Made by a program: the position numbers and the translations under genes. The notes beneath the pieces were generated by a model. It was not told where the DNA came from. It saw only the letters and a program-made list of their open reading frames with translations, and ran no database searches. Positions 24,781 through 39,454 of a DNA stretch of 64,000 bases are shown piece after piece (the first letter of the stretch is position 1; each line of letters begins with the position of its first letter). Source of the stretch: Schmidtea polychroa (taxonomy: Eukaryota); contig CM097887.1 in the NCBI GenBank assembly GCA_044892525.1, forward strand, positions 128,876,397 through 128,940,396, in the 5' to 3' direction.

Positions 24781-26093
24781 AGTAGGATGTGTCACATCCA
24801 GCACATGTCACATCCAGCACACAAAGACCATGACTCATTCAAGGTCATTGATGACTCATCAAGGTCATTGAAACAAAGACCATGACTCATTCAAGGTCAT
24901 TGATGACTCATCAAGGTCATTGAAACAAAGACCACGACTCAGTCAAGGTAATTGGATGACTCATCAAGGTCATATTTTAAGGTCAAGGTTATATTTTTAA
25001 AGTCATATTTTTCAAGGTGGCGGCTATATAGTTTAATTAAAGATTGCGTGTGTGTATTTTCTTTAAATTAATATTTTGAGAACGTTTGCTCGGATTGAAT
25101 TGCTCAAGGGGTCATTTTAAATGTCATTCAAAGGGGAATCCGTGCGCGCAAATTTTGTCTTAATTTTNNNNNNNNNNNNNNNNNNNNNNNNNNNNNNNNN
25201 NNNNNNNNNNNNNNNNNNNNNNNNNNNNNNNNNNNNNNNNNNNNNNNNNNNNNNNNNNNNNNNNNNNNNNNNNNNNNNNNNNNNNNNNNNNNNNNNNATT
25301 TTATTTTCGATGTTTCATTATTATTTACTTAAATATTATAAAACTTAATAACTGCATCAATTCACGATTTTCAATATTTTGATGATTATTTTCAGGAACA
25401 TTTTCATAATTTTCAAGGTTTTCATGATATTCAACATTTTCATCATTTTTAATATTTTCATGATTTCCAATATTTTTTTTTTATCATCATTGTTTTCTTC
25501 AAAATTCTTATATTATTATTATCATTTTCAAATTATTTTCAAAGTTCTTCTTCTTATTATTATTATTATTATTATTCTTTTATTNNNNNNNNNNNNNNNN
25601 NNNNNNNNNNNNNNNNNNNNNNNNNNNNNNNNNNNNNNNNNNNNNNNNNNNNNNNNNNNNNNNNNNNNNNNNNNNNNNNNNNNNNNNNNNNNNNNNNNNN
25701 NNNNNNNNNNNNNNNNNNNNNNNNNNNNNNNNNNNNNNNNNNNNNNNNNNNNNNNNNNNNNNNNNNNTTAAAACAAATTAAGACAAAATTTGCGCGCACG
25801 GATTCCCCTTTGAATGACATTTAAAATGACCCCTTGATCAATTCAATCCAAGCAAAGGTACTCTCAAAATATTAATTTTAAAAAAATACACACACGCAAT
25901 CTTTAATTAAACTATATAGCCGCCATCTAGAAAAATATGACCTTAACCTAAAAATATGACCTTGACGAGTCATCCAATGACCTTTAATGAGTCATGGTCT
26001 TTGCTTCAGTGACCTTGATGCGTCATCCAATGACCTTGAATAAGTCATGGTCTTTGTGTGCTGGATGTGAAACTGGAGTTGACACATCCTACT
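24781..26093. mobile_element. Non-autonomous element with ~390-bp TIRs beginning AGTAGG (Polinton/Maverick-like termini)
   Basis: 24781-25167 is the imperfect reverse complement of ~25775-26093. Termini are AGTAGGATGTGTCA and TGACACATCCTACT. Subterminal ~52-bp repeats are rich in TGACTCA and AAGGTCA. The interior is mostly N; no clean TSD. Confidence 0.75.
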
Positions 26094-27551
26094 AGATATA
26101 ATGGTTCTAGAGAAATAATTGAGAAAAGATATGATCAGAAGGTTTGATTCAGATCTACGGGATAAAAATACCAACAGCAAAAATAAAAATAAGAAATGTA
26201 GAATGACTTAAAGAATTGAAAAACGAAGGATGTATTTTAAAATTGGGTGTAAGATGTGTTTAAATATATAATAAAATATTCGGATGTTTGTAGTTTGTTG
26301 AAATTGTATAATCACATTGCTCGTAATATTATTTATATTTAGTTAAATTCTCATATTATATTGGAAAATTATTTTTATTTTAATAATATATTCCTGAAAT
26401 AACATATAAATAAAGTTAAATATTCTTTTAACATGGTGAAGCATCTTTCCAAATGATAACACAATGATCCGGTGATCAATGTACTTGTCCTGCTTATTTA
26501 TACAATAATAATCATAATTTAATGAATATTACTTTCAAAATGTAGGGTTTTAATAAAAAGATGTCGATTCAACAATAGTTTTTTTTCAGTTTATACTTGA
26601 CTTTAAGCTATATTCAAGCTATTCAATTTAAAAGTCACAACAATATATAAATGTATTATCAATATCACAATGTATAAGATCTAATTAATTGCAATTACAG
26701 TCCAGTGTTACTTCATCAGAATAAATAATATTGGATTAAAAGTAAATTGAAATGGCTTATTACTCAGAAAAACGTTAAGGTGTTGATTCTACTATAATAA
26801 TCGTCAATATTTACAATTAATGAGATACACTATTAACGTTAACGATCCTCTCTTAACATAAAAATAAAAATTTTGTTGTTTCTTTATATTGTTTTATCAG
26901 TGTTTTCAATTTTATTCGTAGCAACAACATCGCTTATCACTTGGGAGTCAGAGATAATGTCAATCTGAATAACCATTTGCTCTGTATGGCTACCAACACT
27001 TCATAACTTACCAGAGTTCACAAAACAGTTTTGTTTTCTTAATCTCTAAATCTGAAATTTTTACTATAATTATTAGTGCTAGTCTTCAGCTCTGTTTTTA
27101 ATTATTTGTTTTACTTTTGATTTTTTCCATCTTTCAATTCTTGCTTCAAACTTAACTTTCTATGATCATTAAATATATTTTATTTCCATTGCTTCCTGTT
27201 TCCTCCAATTATTTAAATTAATTTAATTATCGTTTTTATTTCATTCTTTTAAACATTCTTAACAAAATCAATATTACATAATATTTATTATTTTAACTTT
27301 AATCTTTTTATTTTTGTTTTCAACCATTTCCTCTTATACCAGCTTTAGTAAATAATAGTTAATGTTTTTATTTCTAAACATCATAAGTCAGTTACATTTT
27401 ACTTAAATACTCCTAGCGCTACCGGGTAATAATGATAGTATTACGGAATATGTAAAAATGTTCAGTACTGAAGTATGTAAAACTGTGGAACGATGTTACC
27501 GAATTAAAAGTTTTAAAAATTGTACATTAAATTTTATAAATTTATTCCAAT

Positions 27552-30238
27552 CAGGGTTGCCAGATTTTGAAAACATCATGTCGGGAGTAACGAAAAAAAA
27601 TATTTCGACTGGTCTTTTTTTAGTTTATTTTTTTATACAGAAATTAAAAAGATACATAATTCAAATGCTGTTGAACAAAAAAAATTAAATCAATAAAATA
27701 AAACAAACAAATAAAAAATAAAAAAATTAACAAAAAAAAAACAAAAATAACAAAAATAAATAAAAAAATAAAATAAAATAACAAACATAAAAATAAAACT
27801 AAAAATAAATAAATTAGTGATAATACCAAAATATTTTATAATATTTTTCAGATCTGGCAGCGTTTTTTATAATTAGTTGAGCATTTTCTGTTTGGAGAAA
27901 TTCAATAAATTCTTTACAGGACATTTTAAAATTTTCTTTTACCATTAATTCTGCTTCAAGGTTTTGCAACAACAATTTATTTCGTTCCTTGCGCCAAGCG
28001 GTTGTCATCAAGCTGAATATCCTTTCGGAAGTTGCATTGGTATGAGGAATAGAAAAAATTATGCATACTATTTTATATAAATTTGCTGAGTTTTCATGAA
28101 CTTTAAAGAATTTTACTCATTTTTCATCAGGTAATAATGTGTTCAGTTTTTCTCTTTCTGTATTTATAAAATAATTTAATTTATGAATTTCTTCGAATAA
28201 AATATCTTTATCAATATTGCAAATATTAAATTTTTCAATGATTGCTACTATTTTATTATATTGAATTGATTCTTTTAAACTTAGTGGTTTTAAGATTTCG
28301 AATTTATTATTTTCGAAATTAAACCATTTTTGCAAATAAGTTATTGCCACATTAAAAAATGAATTTGCTTCTATTTCAAATCTTTTTATGGCAGAATCAT
28401 TATCACATTTTTGTAATATTGTTCTTGCGATTGAGCCGTAAAATTGTTGCTCTTTTCTGTTGATTAACGATTGTCTGACTTCATCCATTATATCATATAT
28501 ATCTATTATAAGAACGTTGTTGGTTTGTAACTTTTTTAAAGCGGGCTGAAATATTGAAAATGTGTTCATAATAAATCCTAGATAAGCTATAGAAAGCTCA
28601 TCTTCAAAAAATAATCGTATTCCAACAGATATTGAATTTTGAAACAAAAAATATGATTTAATTGGTTCAAAATCTTTCAATAACCTTTCACCAGCAGGTA
28701 AAAGGCTTAGCCATCGACTTGGAACGTGGCGTAAGATTTCCGACCATTCTACTTCGGCCCATTCAAAAAAATCTTTTAATGTAGGGGTTTTTTTGTTGAC
28801 GAGCTAAACTCGTTATAAATTTTTATGACTATTGAATCAATATCAATTTTCAGTTAGGTTGTGGCTTTTTTCGCAGTGTTGTGCAGAATATGACTATTAC
28901 ATCCAATCGGAATAATTTTAGAATTAGCTTTTTTAAATTCCGTAAAAACACTCTGGTTCTTCCGAAATTCACAGCTGCATTATCCGCACAAAGAGATGAT
29001 AAATTTTAAATATTTAAACTTTTGCATTCCAATTTATTCTTTATATAATCTGCTGTCAACTGAACGTTCACTATCTAGTGAATAAAAAGACAGCAGAACA
29101 TTTTGTATACCTTTTTCTTTGGTAAAATATCGCAAGACTATAGGAAATGTTTTAACATTTCCTTTATTCGAAGCATCGGTACTCACAGAAAATGGAATAT
29201 CACCTTTCAACTGTTCTAAAATTCTTCTTTTCGATTCCGGGGTCAAAACATTACAAACAATTTTGGATATTTTGGTTCTTCCACAGCTGTACTTTCTTGC
29301 TATATTTGAATCAGAAAGCAAACCTGAAAATATTGAACCAGCACAATCACTAGATAAAAAGCTGTGTGAATGCATGATGGTATGATAGCAAAAAGCCACT
29401 TCTGCTGATGTACCAAGTCCTTCGTCTTTGCTGCTTTTTTTACAAAATAACGTAGTCAATTTTTTTGAATTTGCTGATGCAGCTATCTTGGATCGATGAC
29501 CAACCGTTTTAAAGTGTCTTTTAATATCATTTCCACCACCATGTGATATAGAAATTTTAAAATTATTACACACTGTACAAGTAATGTGATGATCACCACA
29601 TTGTCGAATCCAGTCATATGACTTCGTCCATTTCGGATTAAATTTTACTGTATACTTCACTTTTTTTTATATATCCTCTGTTTTCGTCAGAATCAATGCA
29701 TTCCAAATTCGAATCAGACATTTTTAGGCTATAATTAGTACGTCTTATTAAAAAACGAAAACCATTACAAATTTCAATATTAATATATTGAGTTTTTATA
29801 GCTTATACTTACTTTATTCTTTATATATTATATTTATATGTGTTAAATATTACGTAGACGCACCGAGATTTATTTTAATTTTATTCAATATAAATTATAT
29901 TTAGCTTCCTATCCTAATTGTATGATTGTATCACTTAATTTATTTAATATTTTGTTCCAAACGACCATTTTAATTAATTGAGATTCTTAGAATACACAAA
30001 TAAACAATAAGTAAATTTAGACATCAGAACAATACTTATAGGCAAAACACAATGCGCAAAATGTCAAAAAAATTCACTATTTTCACCCAATTGGCATTAC
30101 TTCAAAATGTTAAGTGATGACAACTGCTGAAAAAACTTAATTTACAAATCGGGAGTTTTTGGCATGTATATCGGCAGTCGGGAAATATACTTTCATAACG
30201 GGAGACTCCCGACGAAATCGGGAGGTCTGGCAACCCTG
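27552..30238 (-). mobile_element. hAT DNA transposon, 2,687 bp, with TIRs and 8-bp TSD
   Basis: TIRs CAGGGTTGCCAGA (27552-27564) and TCTGGCAACCCTG (30226-30238). TSD ATTCCAAT at 27544-27551 and 30239-30246. Confidence 0.95.
27814..29660 (-). pseudogene. Disrupted hAT transposase
   Basis: Zn finger (CTVC..SHGG..DIKRH..T.GH), first catalytic Asp in FSVSTDASNKG, RWLSLLP motif just before 28680, and SIPHTNATSERIFS near 28040. Split into ORFs 29034..29660, 28117..28680 and 27814..28011. Confidence 0.9.
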
Positions 30239-30368
30239 ATTCCAATATTATTTCACATATATTTTCATATTTTTTCAAAATATCTATTAATATTGATGAA
30301 ACAGGAGTTAATTAATTACTTATTAAAATGAGTAGTTTACATGTAAACAAATTAGATTGGATTAAGAC

Positions 30369-30491
30369 TAGGGTTGCGACATGTTGAGAGGCTCAAAGTA
30401 GGACAAATCAATAACCTATCACAGCAGTACGTAGAACAAATATCCAAATTGTAGGACTGTCCTACCGAAATTAGGACGTGTGGCAACTCTA
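30369..30491. mobile_element. 123-bp hAT MITE
   Basis: Ends TAGGGTTGCGAC and GTGGCAACTCTA; flanks ATTAAGAC and GTTAAGAC (7/8 TSD match). Confidence 0.8.
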
Positions 30492-33203
30492 GTTAAGACT
30501 GACATGTACATACAAAAGTCTGACAATTATATATTATATATTCACCAGACGAAGGATTCATGAAAAAATAGAAGTTGTTTGTAAGAAACTATTTTGGAAA
30601 GTTCTTTGAAAATTTCAAAACTTTCACAAGATATATTGTAAAAGGATAACTGAAACAAACGAATTCGTGACCAAAAAATAAAGGAATTTACTAAACATAA
30701 AATGTAATTTGAAAATTGCTGGGTCTTTTAAATATTTGTTTTCATTTCGTTATCGGGTTAAAAAATAGATTTTACAATAATATGTAAAAAATGTCAATAG
30801 GATTGCAGAAAAATTTTAAAGTGCTTTTCATTTTATATAATTCTTAATCTGATTTGAAATGCTAAATAATAGTTTTTTATATGAATAAAAATACATCTGC
30901 AAAATGCCACCTCTGTCAGGAACAATATTTTTAAATAGAATTATGTAAGACGGGTTTGCCTCAAACTGCGTCACCATCCCCATCATTATTATTATTATCA
31001 AAATCCTCATCAGTATCATCATAATAGGGAAACTAGACATTCTATGTTACATACAATCACATACCTTCAACTGCGTTCCCAACACTGCCATTGATTGAAT
31101 ATTATTATTAATTTATTACCTCTGAATGAATATTAATTTATTATTTATCATTTCATTAATAGTTACTAGTTCTAGATTGATAATTCAATATATTCANNNN
31201 NNNNNNNNNNNNNNNNNNNNNNNNNNNNNNNNNNNNNNNNNNNNNNNNNNNNNNNNNNNNNNNNNNNNNNNNNNNNNNNNNNNNNNNNNNNNNNNNNNNN
31301 NNNNNNNNNNNNNNNNNNNNNNNNNNNNNNNNNNNNNNNNNACAAATAAACCAGTTGAAGATATTCAGTCTCAGAAATCACATAAATTTTGAATATTATT
31401 TTATATCTTTGGAATGCTATGAATTTATAATTATTTAATAAATAAAAGAATTAGTTACTAATATTGAATTATGATATTTTCTTATGATATTTGGCAACAA
31501 ATAAATATTCTGTTCTTTGTTAAGCTTACACAAAAAGTATTTCTTGGCTACTTAAATTTTGTTTTATTTCGCATGTCAAAGGGAAATAATATTTAATTTC
31601 ATGGTCTCACCATTAGAGGAAAAGCACGATTGTTTCGTAAGCTAAAAAGCATAACATGTTGGATTTTGCATTATAAACGCTAGTTTAGTTAATCAGAAAA
31701 CAATGATAGAAATGAATCAAACAGTAATGAATTTATAGAATTCGGAGAAACTGCAATAATTCACCCCCCCCCCTACTTTTAAATATTAATTATAATTAAA
31801 GATAGTGTTTAGAAAATACCAATTATCCGTGGAAGAGATCATTAGAAGCTAACATCAATATGACAAATAAAGCGACCGCATAAAAATCCCAGTTGAAATC
31901 TCAAATCTCCCACATTTTACTATTGGGAAATATTTTCCAGAATTTCAGAATTCTAAATTTACAACTAACATTATTGAAAATTTGAAGAAGATTTCTTTAG
32001 ACTGCTTTCATAATCGAAATCTGAACGACTCAGTCTGTCCATTTTATGGATTTGAATACAAAATTTACTAAATAATTGTCAATTACTGATTTCTGCTCCC
32101 AGACCATTGTTGCCTAGTGACGGTAACATAATTACCCCTAGTGTTAGCGTATCGAGTGCCCCCTCATCGCACCAATCTAGTCTCACTCAACCGTCAAACC
32201 GACAGCAATCGACATTCATCTGAAGTGAGCTCAGATAAAAATTAAATTTCTGCCCAATTTAAGCTAGAATTGGGTCTCATCGGGGAACGCCTGAAGTTTC
32301 CACGACTTGCAAATCATTTGTCGGGCTTAATTTGGCGTTCTGATACAACTGGCCGTTATTTCATTTGCTATTTTACCTATTAATGTTTGTTATTGANNNN
32401 NNNNNNNNNNNNNNNNNNNNNNNNNNNNNNNNNNNNNNNNNNNNNNNNNNNNNNNNNNNNNNNNNNNNNNNNNNNNNNNNNNNNNNNNNNNNNNNNNNNN
32501 NNNNNNNNNNNNNNNNNNNNNNNNNNNNNNNNNNNNNNNNNNNNNNNNNNNNNNNNNNNNNNNNNNNNNNNNNNNNNNNNNNNNNNNNNNNNNNNNNNNN
32601 NNNNNNNNNNNNNNNNNNNNNNNNNNNNNNNNNNNNNNNNNNNNNNNNNNNNNNNNNNNNNNNNNNNNNTAAAAGTCGAAAATATTTTCATTAAATACAT
32701 TATTTGCAGAAAAAGGCTTAAATTATCACTTTATTGTTTTAAATAATAAATGCTGCTACCAAGAAATCATCACTTTATACTTTAATATGAAGTTTGATTG
32801 TTTTGGTTTTTTCTAAAAAAATTAATTAAATTAAAAATTTTAATTTTTTCCAATAGAAAAAATAATAATAATAATAAAGTATTTCTTGTTTTAATTTTGA
32901 TATTTTTTTTCGAGAAAGAATAACTTTCATAGAATAATTTATTTAATTTCAAATACAAATTGCTTATAAATATTAAAATAACAAATATTTTAAAACAACT
33001 AATGAATTTTAAAAATATTTAATAATAAATATTATAATCAGCAATAACGTGTCAAAATTAGCGTCTTATCAAAGAATTTGTGATTTTCTTTGCTTGACAA
33101 TAATTAAAAACAATTTTAAAGTATTATTTCGAGTTTAAACAGAATTCGGTTAAATATCAATAATTGTTTTTCACTTTATATTTGATTCCACGTGTTCAGT
33201 ACT

Positions 33204-33368
33204 CAGTGCCGTGCTGTAACTTTTGGGGCCCTTGTGCAGACACAAAAATTTTTATTTTTAATTTTATTGAATTCATTTTAATTGATTTTAATGAAGTTTT
33301 TCTTATGTATTTAATATTTGGGGGCCCATTGTGATTGCACTTGTTGCACTTGCGATAGTACGCCGCTG
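33204..33368. mobile_element. 165-bp hAT-type MITE
   Basis: Ends CAGTGCCGTGCT and AGTACGCCGCTG; flanks TCAGTACT and ACAGTACT (7/8); internal GGGCCC motifs. Confidence 0.75.
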
Positions 33369-34205
33369 ACAGTACTATACAGATGAAAACCCCCAACAAT
33401 GTATTAGTTCATGTTTAATATCCCATGTTTAATATCCCATGTTTAATATCTGGTTATAGTAAATTATATTTCTACCACAAATTGTTAAACTTGAAATAAT
33501 ATTGAATGCTTGTCACAGCTCATGAGGAAGAACAGCAAAGTAGTTGATCACTAGGCTACTTACTATAGGAAACTTTGATTTAATAAGTTGGTTCTGGTTT
33601 CTTATCCGTGATTTTATTCACATTTTCAGATCCCCGATTGAATTTTTGATAAGGCATTTTTAATCACCACTTGATTGAATTTCTGCATTGTCTCTGTCTA
33701 TGTTACAGTCAATGATTCTCCTTTCAATAACTGATTCAATTGGGTTTAAAAATCTTCGGACGAATCTTTCCACTAATTAATCTACTTGATATTCTAAGTT
33801 TTGTTAAATATTTTTGGTCACCACAATTTGTCGTTTCAGTTCATTTTACTGTCAGTGTTTAGTCATTTTTGTCATTTTTTCGTTCCCTTACAGAAATCTA
33901 AATTTGTTTTACATACTTATTCTTATCTTTAACACTTATGTTATTTTTTGTTATTATGCACTCCAGATCTAGGTACCCCCTACTTTTTTAAAAATTTTTT
34001 GGATACCCCCCTATCGTTTTTTAATTTTAAATTTTGTTTTAATTATTGATTACATAATAATTTTTAATTTTGTTTTAGTAGTGATTATGTAATAGTTTAA
34101 TTTTTTTGTTTAAATCGTTGAATACGTCATCAATTTTCATTTTTTATAAGATATTTTTACGTCAATATATTTGAAATTAAATTCTCTAATAAATGAGACT
34201 ATGAC

Positions 34206-36737
34206 ATAATCAAAATCGTGAAATTTCATTTTTAGTGCACCATTTTTGAATTTACACATCTTTTCAAACAACTATACATCTTTCTCATTCATTCATATTC
34301 CTGTATTGAAATATTTACAAACCAACATGTTTTAGTTACAAAAAGAGTTATCAATAAATTGAGTAAGGGTAGGAAATTATTTAGAATCAATGAATAACAC
34401 ACATACCTTAGTATAATAGATGTTAATACATATTACAATAAACCCACTCACATGCGTATACATAAAACACGCACATATTAACATTATTTCATACGCACGC
34501 ACAAATTAATATTATTCAATACAGAAAATTCATAGAGGTTAAGCACATATCAACCAATCAAAATCATGCATTGATTTTGCATTGTTTTGCATATGAGTAA
34601 TATCAAAAAAATTAAATTCATTATATCATTAAATAATAAATTCTTTTACAGTATTTTAAACTATATTCAATCAAATTATAAAAATATTGCAACACAGTTG
34701 AGAAATGAACAAACTTAAATAATAATATATTTATTAATAATGTTGGGTTATTGAGTTGGTGACAATATTTGTAAATTCAAACTTTTACTATGGCTCCAAA
34801 GCGTGTTTATTAATTCACAATTCAACACTCTCGAACACAATTAAGCTTTATTTATGATCCACACGGAATAGTGCAAACTTCAATTACAACCAATTAACTA
34901 TAAACCAATTTATCACACAGAGCTTATTTCGTCACTACGTGAAGAATAACTCTTTCTGTAACCACAACAAAAATCCCTAGGCGTCAACTACTCAATCGAT
35001 TGTTCTAATTGCTTTGACCACACAATTTATTTACTCCACTTTTACTTTATATTCAATTTTATAAAGGATTTTTGTCGCTTCTCATTTTTACTCTGTTTTG
35101 ATTCTCCTTTTCAACTCTTTCGTCTCTAATTTTACTCTACTTTTTGTCTCTAATATCGTTTTGTTTTGTTCTCAATTTCGTTCTGTTTTCGTTCTACTTT
35201 TCGTTCTAATTTTGTTCTAAATCCGTTCTAAATTTGTTTTAAATTTGTTCTAATTTTGTTCTGATTTCTCGTCCACCAGTTTTCCTTTATATAGTTGTTT
35301 TGTTTATGGCACTGACGGCAGATTTTGTTTTTCTATTTCCATTTTCTTCTGCGTTCCCCTATATCAGCCTTATCTCTGACAGATGTCGAGATATTTTTCC
35401 TTTTTCCCTTTTTTGTTTGACCGCCTTCTTCCAGCAATTACGTTATCACTGGCAGGCTGTCGAGATAATAATATTGTTGTTTTCCTTTTCTCCTTATTTC
35501 AAAATTCCTTTTCCTTTTTGTACTAATTAATTAGTACTGACCTTGGCTTTTATTTTCATGTTTGTTTCCTTTTATTTCCTTTATTTTTCTCATTTTTAAT
35601 TTCTTTTTATTTCCGTTTTCTTTTCTACGTTCCCACAGATCGTCCCGTTTGTCATGACGATCTTCCCCCCAGGTAATTTTATTTATTTATTTATAAATTG
35701 TTTATTTAGGTATCCTCAACAATAAGATATATTATTTTCAATAATAATTTATTTTTAAGTTCATAAAACCGAGAGAAATTTTATTTTATTTAATAATATT
35801 TACTGTGACAAACAGAAATTGGAATTGATATAAAGATTTAATACACTGATATAACTTTTCATATACCTCAAATAAAAACACTATAATAAAAATATTAATA
35901 GTTTTGCAAACAGTGCTAACACATATAGTTAACTAGTCATTGGTACGTTATTACTTTGTTGCAATATTTTTATAATTTGTTACAATTTGATTAAATATTT
36001 TACAACTTTGTTGAAAATTTACCGAAATATGTTACTACATTGTTGCAATATTTTTATAATCTTGTTACAACTTGCTTAAATATTTTATAACTTTGTTGAA
36101 ATTTTCCGAAATATGTTATTACTTTGTTGTAATTTAATGAAAAGTTTCATAATTTTGTGGTAATTTAGTGTAAAATATTTATTCAATTATTGCCATTCAC
36201 CGAAATAATTTTATTAATTTTATAACCATTAACTGAAATAATTTATTATTTTGCAATAATTAATGATTGAATATAGTTTAAAATACTGTAAAAGAATTCA
36301 TTATTTAATGATATAATGAATTTAATTTTTTTGATATTACTCATATGCAATAACAATGCAAAATCAATGCATGATTTTGATTGGTTGATATGTGCTTAAC
36401 CTCTATGAATTTTCTGTATTGAATAATATTAATTTGTGCGTGCGTATGAAATAATGTTAATATGTGCGTGTTTTAATATATGTATACGCATGTGAGTGGG
36501 TTTATTGTAATATGTATTAACATATATTACACTAAGGTATGTGTGTTGCTTATTGATTCTAAATAATTTCCTACCCTTACTCGATTTATTGATAACTATT
36601 TTTGTAACTAAAACATGTTGGTTTGTAAATATTTCAATACAGGAATATGAATGAATGGGAAAGATGTATAGTTGTTTAAAAAGATGTGTAAATTCAAAAA
36701 TGGTGCACTAAAAATGAAATTTCACGGTTTTAATTAT
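34206..36737. mobile_element. Foldback element with ~470-bp inverted arms, related to the non-coding core of the pPolB palindrome
   Basis: 34206-34673 is the imperfect reverse complement of ~36265-36737. It shares GATTTTGATTGGT, TTTCCTACCC, TTAAAATACTGTAA and the 84-bp repeat (35948, 36032, 36116) with 5682-6319. Confidence 0.85.
34741..35670 (-). mobile_element. Probable LTR with adjacent polypurine tract, inside the foldback spacer
   Basis: Minus strand: GGGGGGAAGA (35670-35661), then T(C)GTCATGAC, TATATAAAGG (~35293), an 11-12-bp minisatellite (35160-35265), AATAAA (~34810), ending CCCAACA at 34741. No TSD found. Confidence 0.4.
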
Positions 36738-39380
36738 TTATGATTTTGTCAGCATGTTGTATCAAAAGGTACTTACAATCGAAATGCCTTTTGATTATTT
36801 TATTATTCTGATTGACAACTTAACTGAAATTTCAAAAAATATTTATTTTAACAATACAAAAGGCAACTTTAAAAAGTAAACAAAGTCTTTCCGAACAATT
36901 CAGATTTTGGACACCCAACACAAATTCATTGGTTTTCAAACCATAGTTAAGTATGATCTGAATCATTACTCAAAAAATTATTACATATATATAACTATTT
37001 ATTAGGGGAAAATTTCTTGTTAGGTTTTTCAGTGAAATAATAAATTGACAACTATTGATCTGAGTCTAATCGTAATTTAGTTAACAATACCAATAAATTA
37101 CAAACAATATAATTTTTTAATTAACATAAATACAACCTTGATTCACTCTCCATTAAACTTAGTCAAAAATCAAATACTACTAGGTAAAATATAAGTGAAA
37201 AACAATAAAATGCGATAAAGTCGTTCTTAATTAACAAATACAAATGGAAGAAATAAAAACAAAATCTCAATTAAATTTGGATATCTAGACAGAGGTCTAG
37301 AGATATTAAGAAAATTAGGGATGATATAAGAGAATGTGCTGGAAGTAAAAATAATTATCTGTAAGTGTTATTAGATGACAGAATTTAAAAACAAAACAAA
37401 TTTTTGATTCAAAAATAGATTTAGTTTAGGGAAAAAGAAGACAGAATTTATAAAGAAAAAATGAGACACGATTTTAAAAGGGAAAGACAAACGAGAAAAC
37501 AGAAACTCTAAAGCGAAGACAAGTGAATTATGAAATTATTGAAAAACTTGTCAGATCGGAAGAGAAATTTAAAACAAATTAAAGTTATTAATCACAAGTA
37601 TCAAGTAATTTCAAGTTAATGTCTGGTAAAAAAAATAAATCAAATTTACCATTTATCGAAACCAGAAACAGTTGTTAAGTTGTTGTGAATTCCGATTTGA
37701 TGTCACTGTAAATTGATAATCAATTGTGCTGATCAAAAAAAGTTTATGTTGTTTGGAATTTGTCATTGTTGTTGTTACCAGATAAACACGTTTAGAATTA
37801 GACCAATAATAGTTAATTTCATATTTCATCGACAACTCCAGCAAATTTTACCTTTTTACAATTGTAAAGTTTCAACTTCAAATTTTTTATTTTTTTCACT
37901 CTCCTGTTACTGAGATCTGTTTTTGTTTTTATATTTCTTCCTATCATTGACATTTATGTCATTACCCGTTATCGAGTGTTTTCCATTCGTGTTCCTCATA
38001 CAACACTTGATACGATTATTCAACATTTCCTAAATTCTAACACTAAACGATCATACAACAATTATTGTATATTGAATTCTAATACTTTTCACAATTAGCT
38101 ATAAGTAGTAAGATCAACTAATTCCTTTTAATAATTAGTGAATTCCTTCCCATTTGTTTTCTTTTATTTTCTGCTACACTTGTTTATTAATTTTGACCTT
38201 GTTTTAATTTCCTTTTTCAGAATTCAACAGTAAAATTTTCTTGTTCTTGTGACAATATTTGTGCTACAGGCCACTGTGCATATTTGAAACAATTGGCTAT
38301 GGTCATTGAATTTACTTCACGCCAAGCTAAATGTGTAAATATAATTGAATCTCGTGCTGTTAACTTGTTGTATGTATCAAACACATCACATCCTGCTTCT
38401 ATTTTAACTTTTTATTCCATTTACAACATTATCTATAAAACGGAAGCGCTAATGCAACATACTAATTTTACAATATCCAATTTTTTATAATATCCTACTT
38501 TAGTATAAAAGTTCTTATGCACAAAATAATGAAATAAATAATAAATAAATTATTTAAGAAAACTTTAAAAATCACAGTAAAAAGAATTTATTGGTTTACT
38601 TTCAAATATTTTTAAAGTGTACATATAAAAAAATATTATTTAATAAATTATATAAATTTAAATTATAAATATTATATGAAAAATTTTTATTAAATTTGAT
38701 TGAATACGACTCTTTTGATTTCGGGTTGTTTGAATATTCAATTAGGAATGTGCAGTCTCCATGACCCGAGCGTAATTGCTGATATAAACTTAACCTATCC
38801 ATTAACTGCATGTTCTGTGATCCGATGACGAGGAGTACTAGAAGCAGCTTTACGAGATTTATCGTTTGTGATGCCCATTCGATTTATAGGTGAAGTATTT
38901 CTTTAATTCACAAATTGTTCAAATTACAGTTTAGAGCTCATTTTTTATTGATTAAAAGATGGAAATGTTTGAAAGAAAGTGTATATATATATAAGAATAT
39001 TAAAACAATGTATTTTAATTTAATTAATTTAATAATGTATTTACAATTTAATTATTAAATTAATATATTTATTAATTTGAAAGTCAGGCACTAAAGTTAG
39101 CATTTAATTTTTCCCCATCAAATCTTTTTCAGAAATAAATACAATCAATTTTCCCAAAAATATTTTTTTTCAAATTACATTAAAATTTAATTGCACACGC
39201 TTTTTCAATGTCATCTATGAAAACAAGACCCCGGCAATAGCGATGACAACAGGAACGGAAGTCTGTATTGATATTTTTAGTATGAATTTCTGAATAAACT
39301 GAAAGCTTTACATTGAATATTATGCGAAAATTATTTGATCTGGATTTTGAAAAATGGGATTCACATTTTAAATATAGTTC

Positions 39381-39383
<3 letters not shown>

Positions 39384-39452
<69 letters not shown>
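39384..39452. repeat. (TA)n microsatellite
   Basis: Directly visible. Confidence 0.98.

Positions 39453-39454
<2 letters not shown>

Noticed and set aside
38602-38890. GHGDCTFLI as a metallo-beta-lactamase-like exon
   Set aside because: A single short motif with no other family motifs; the candidate plus-strand exon has stops in all three frames.
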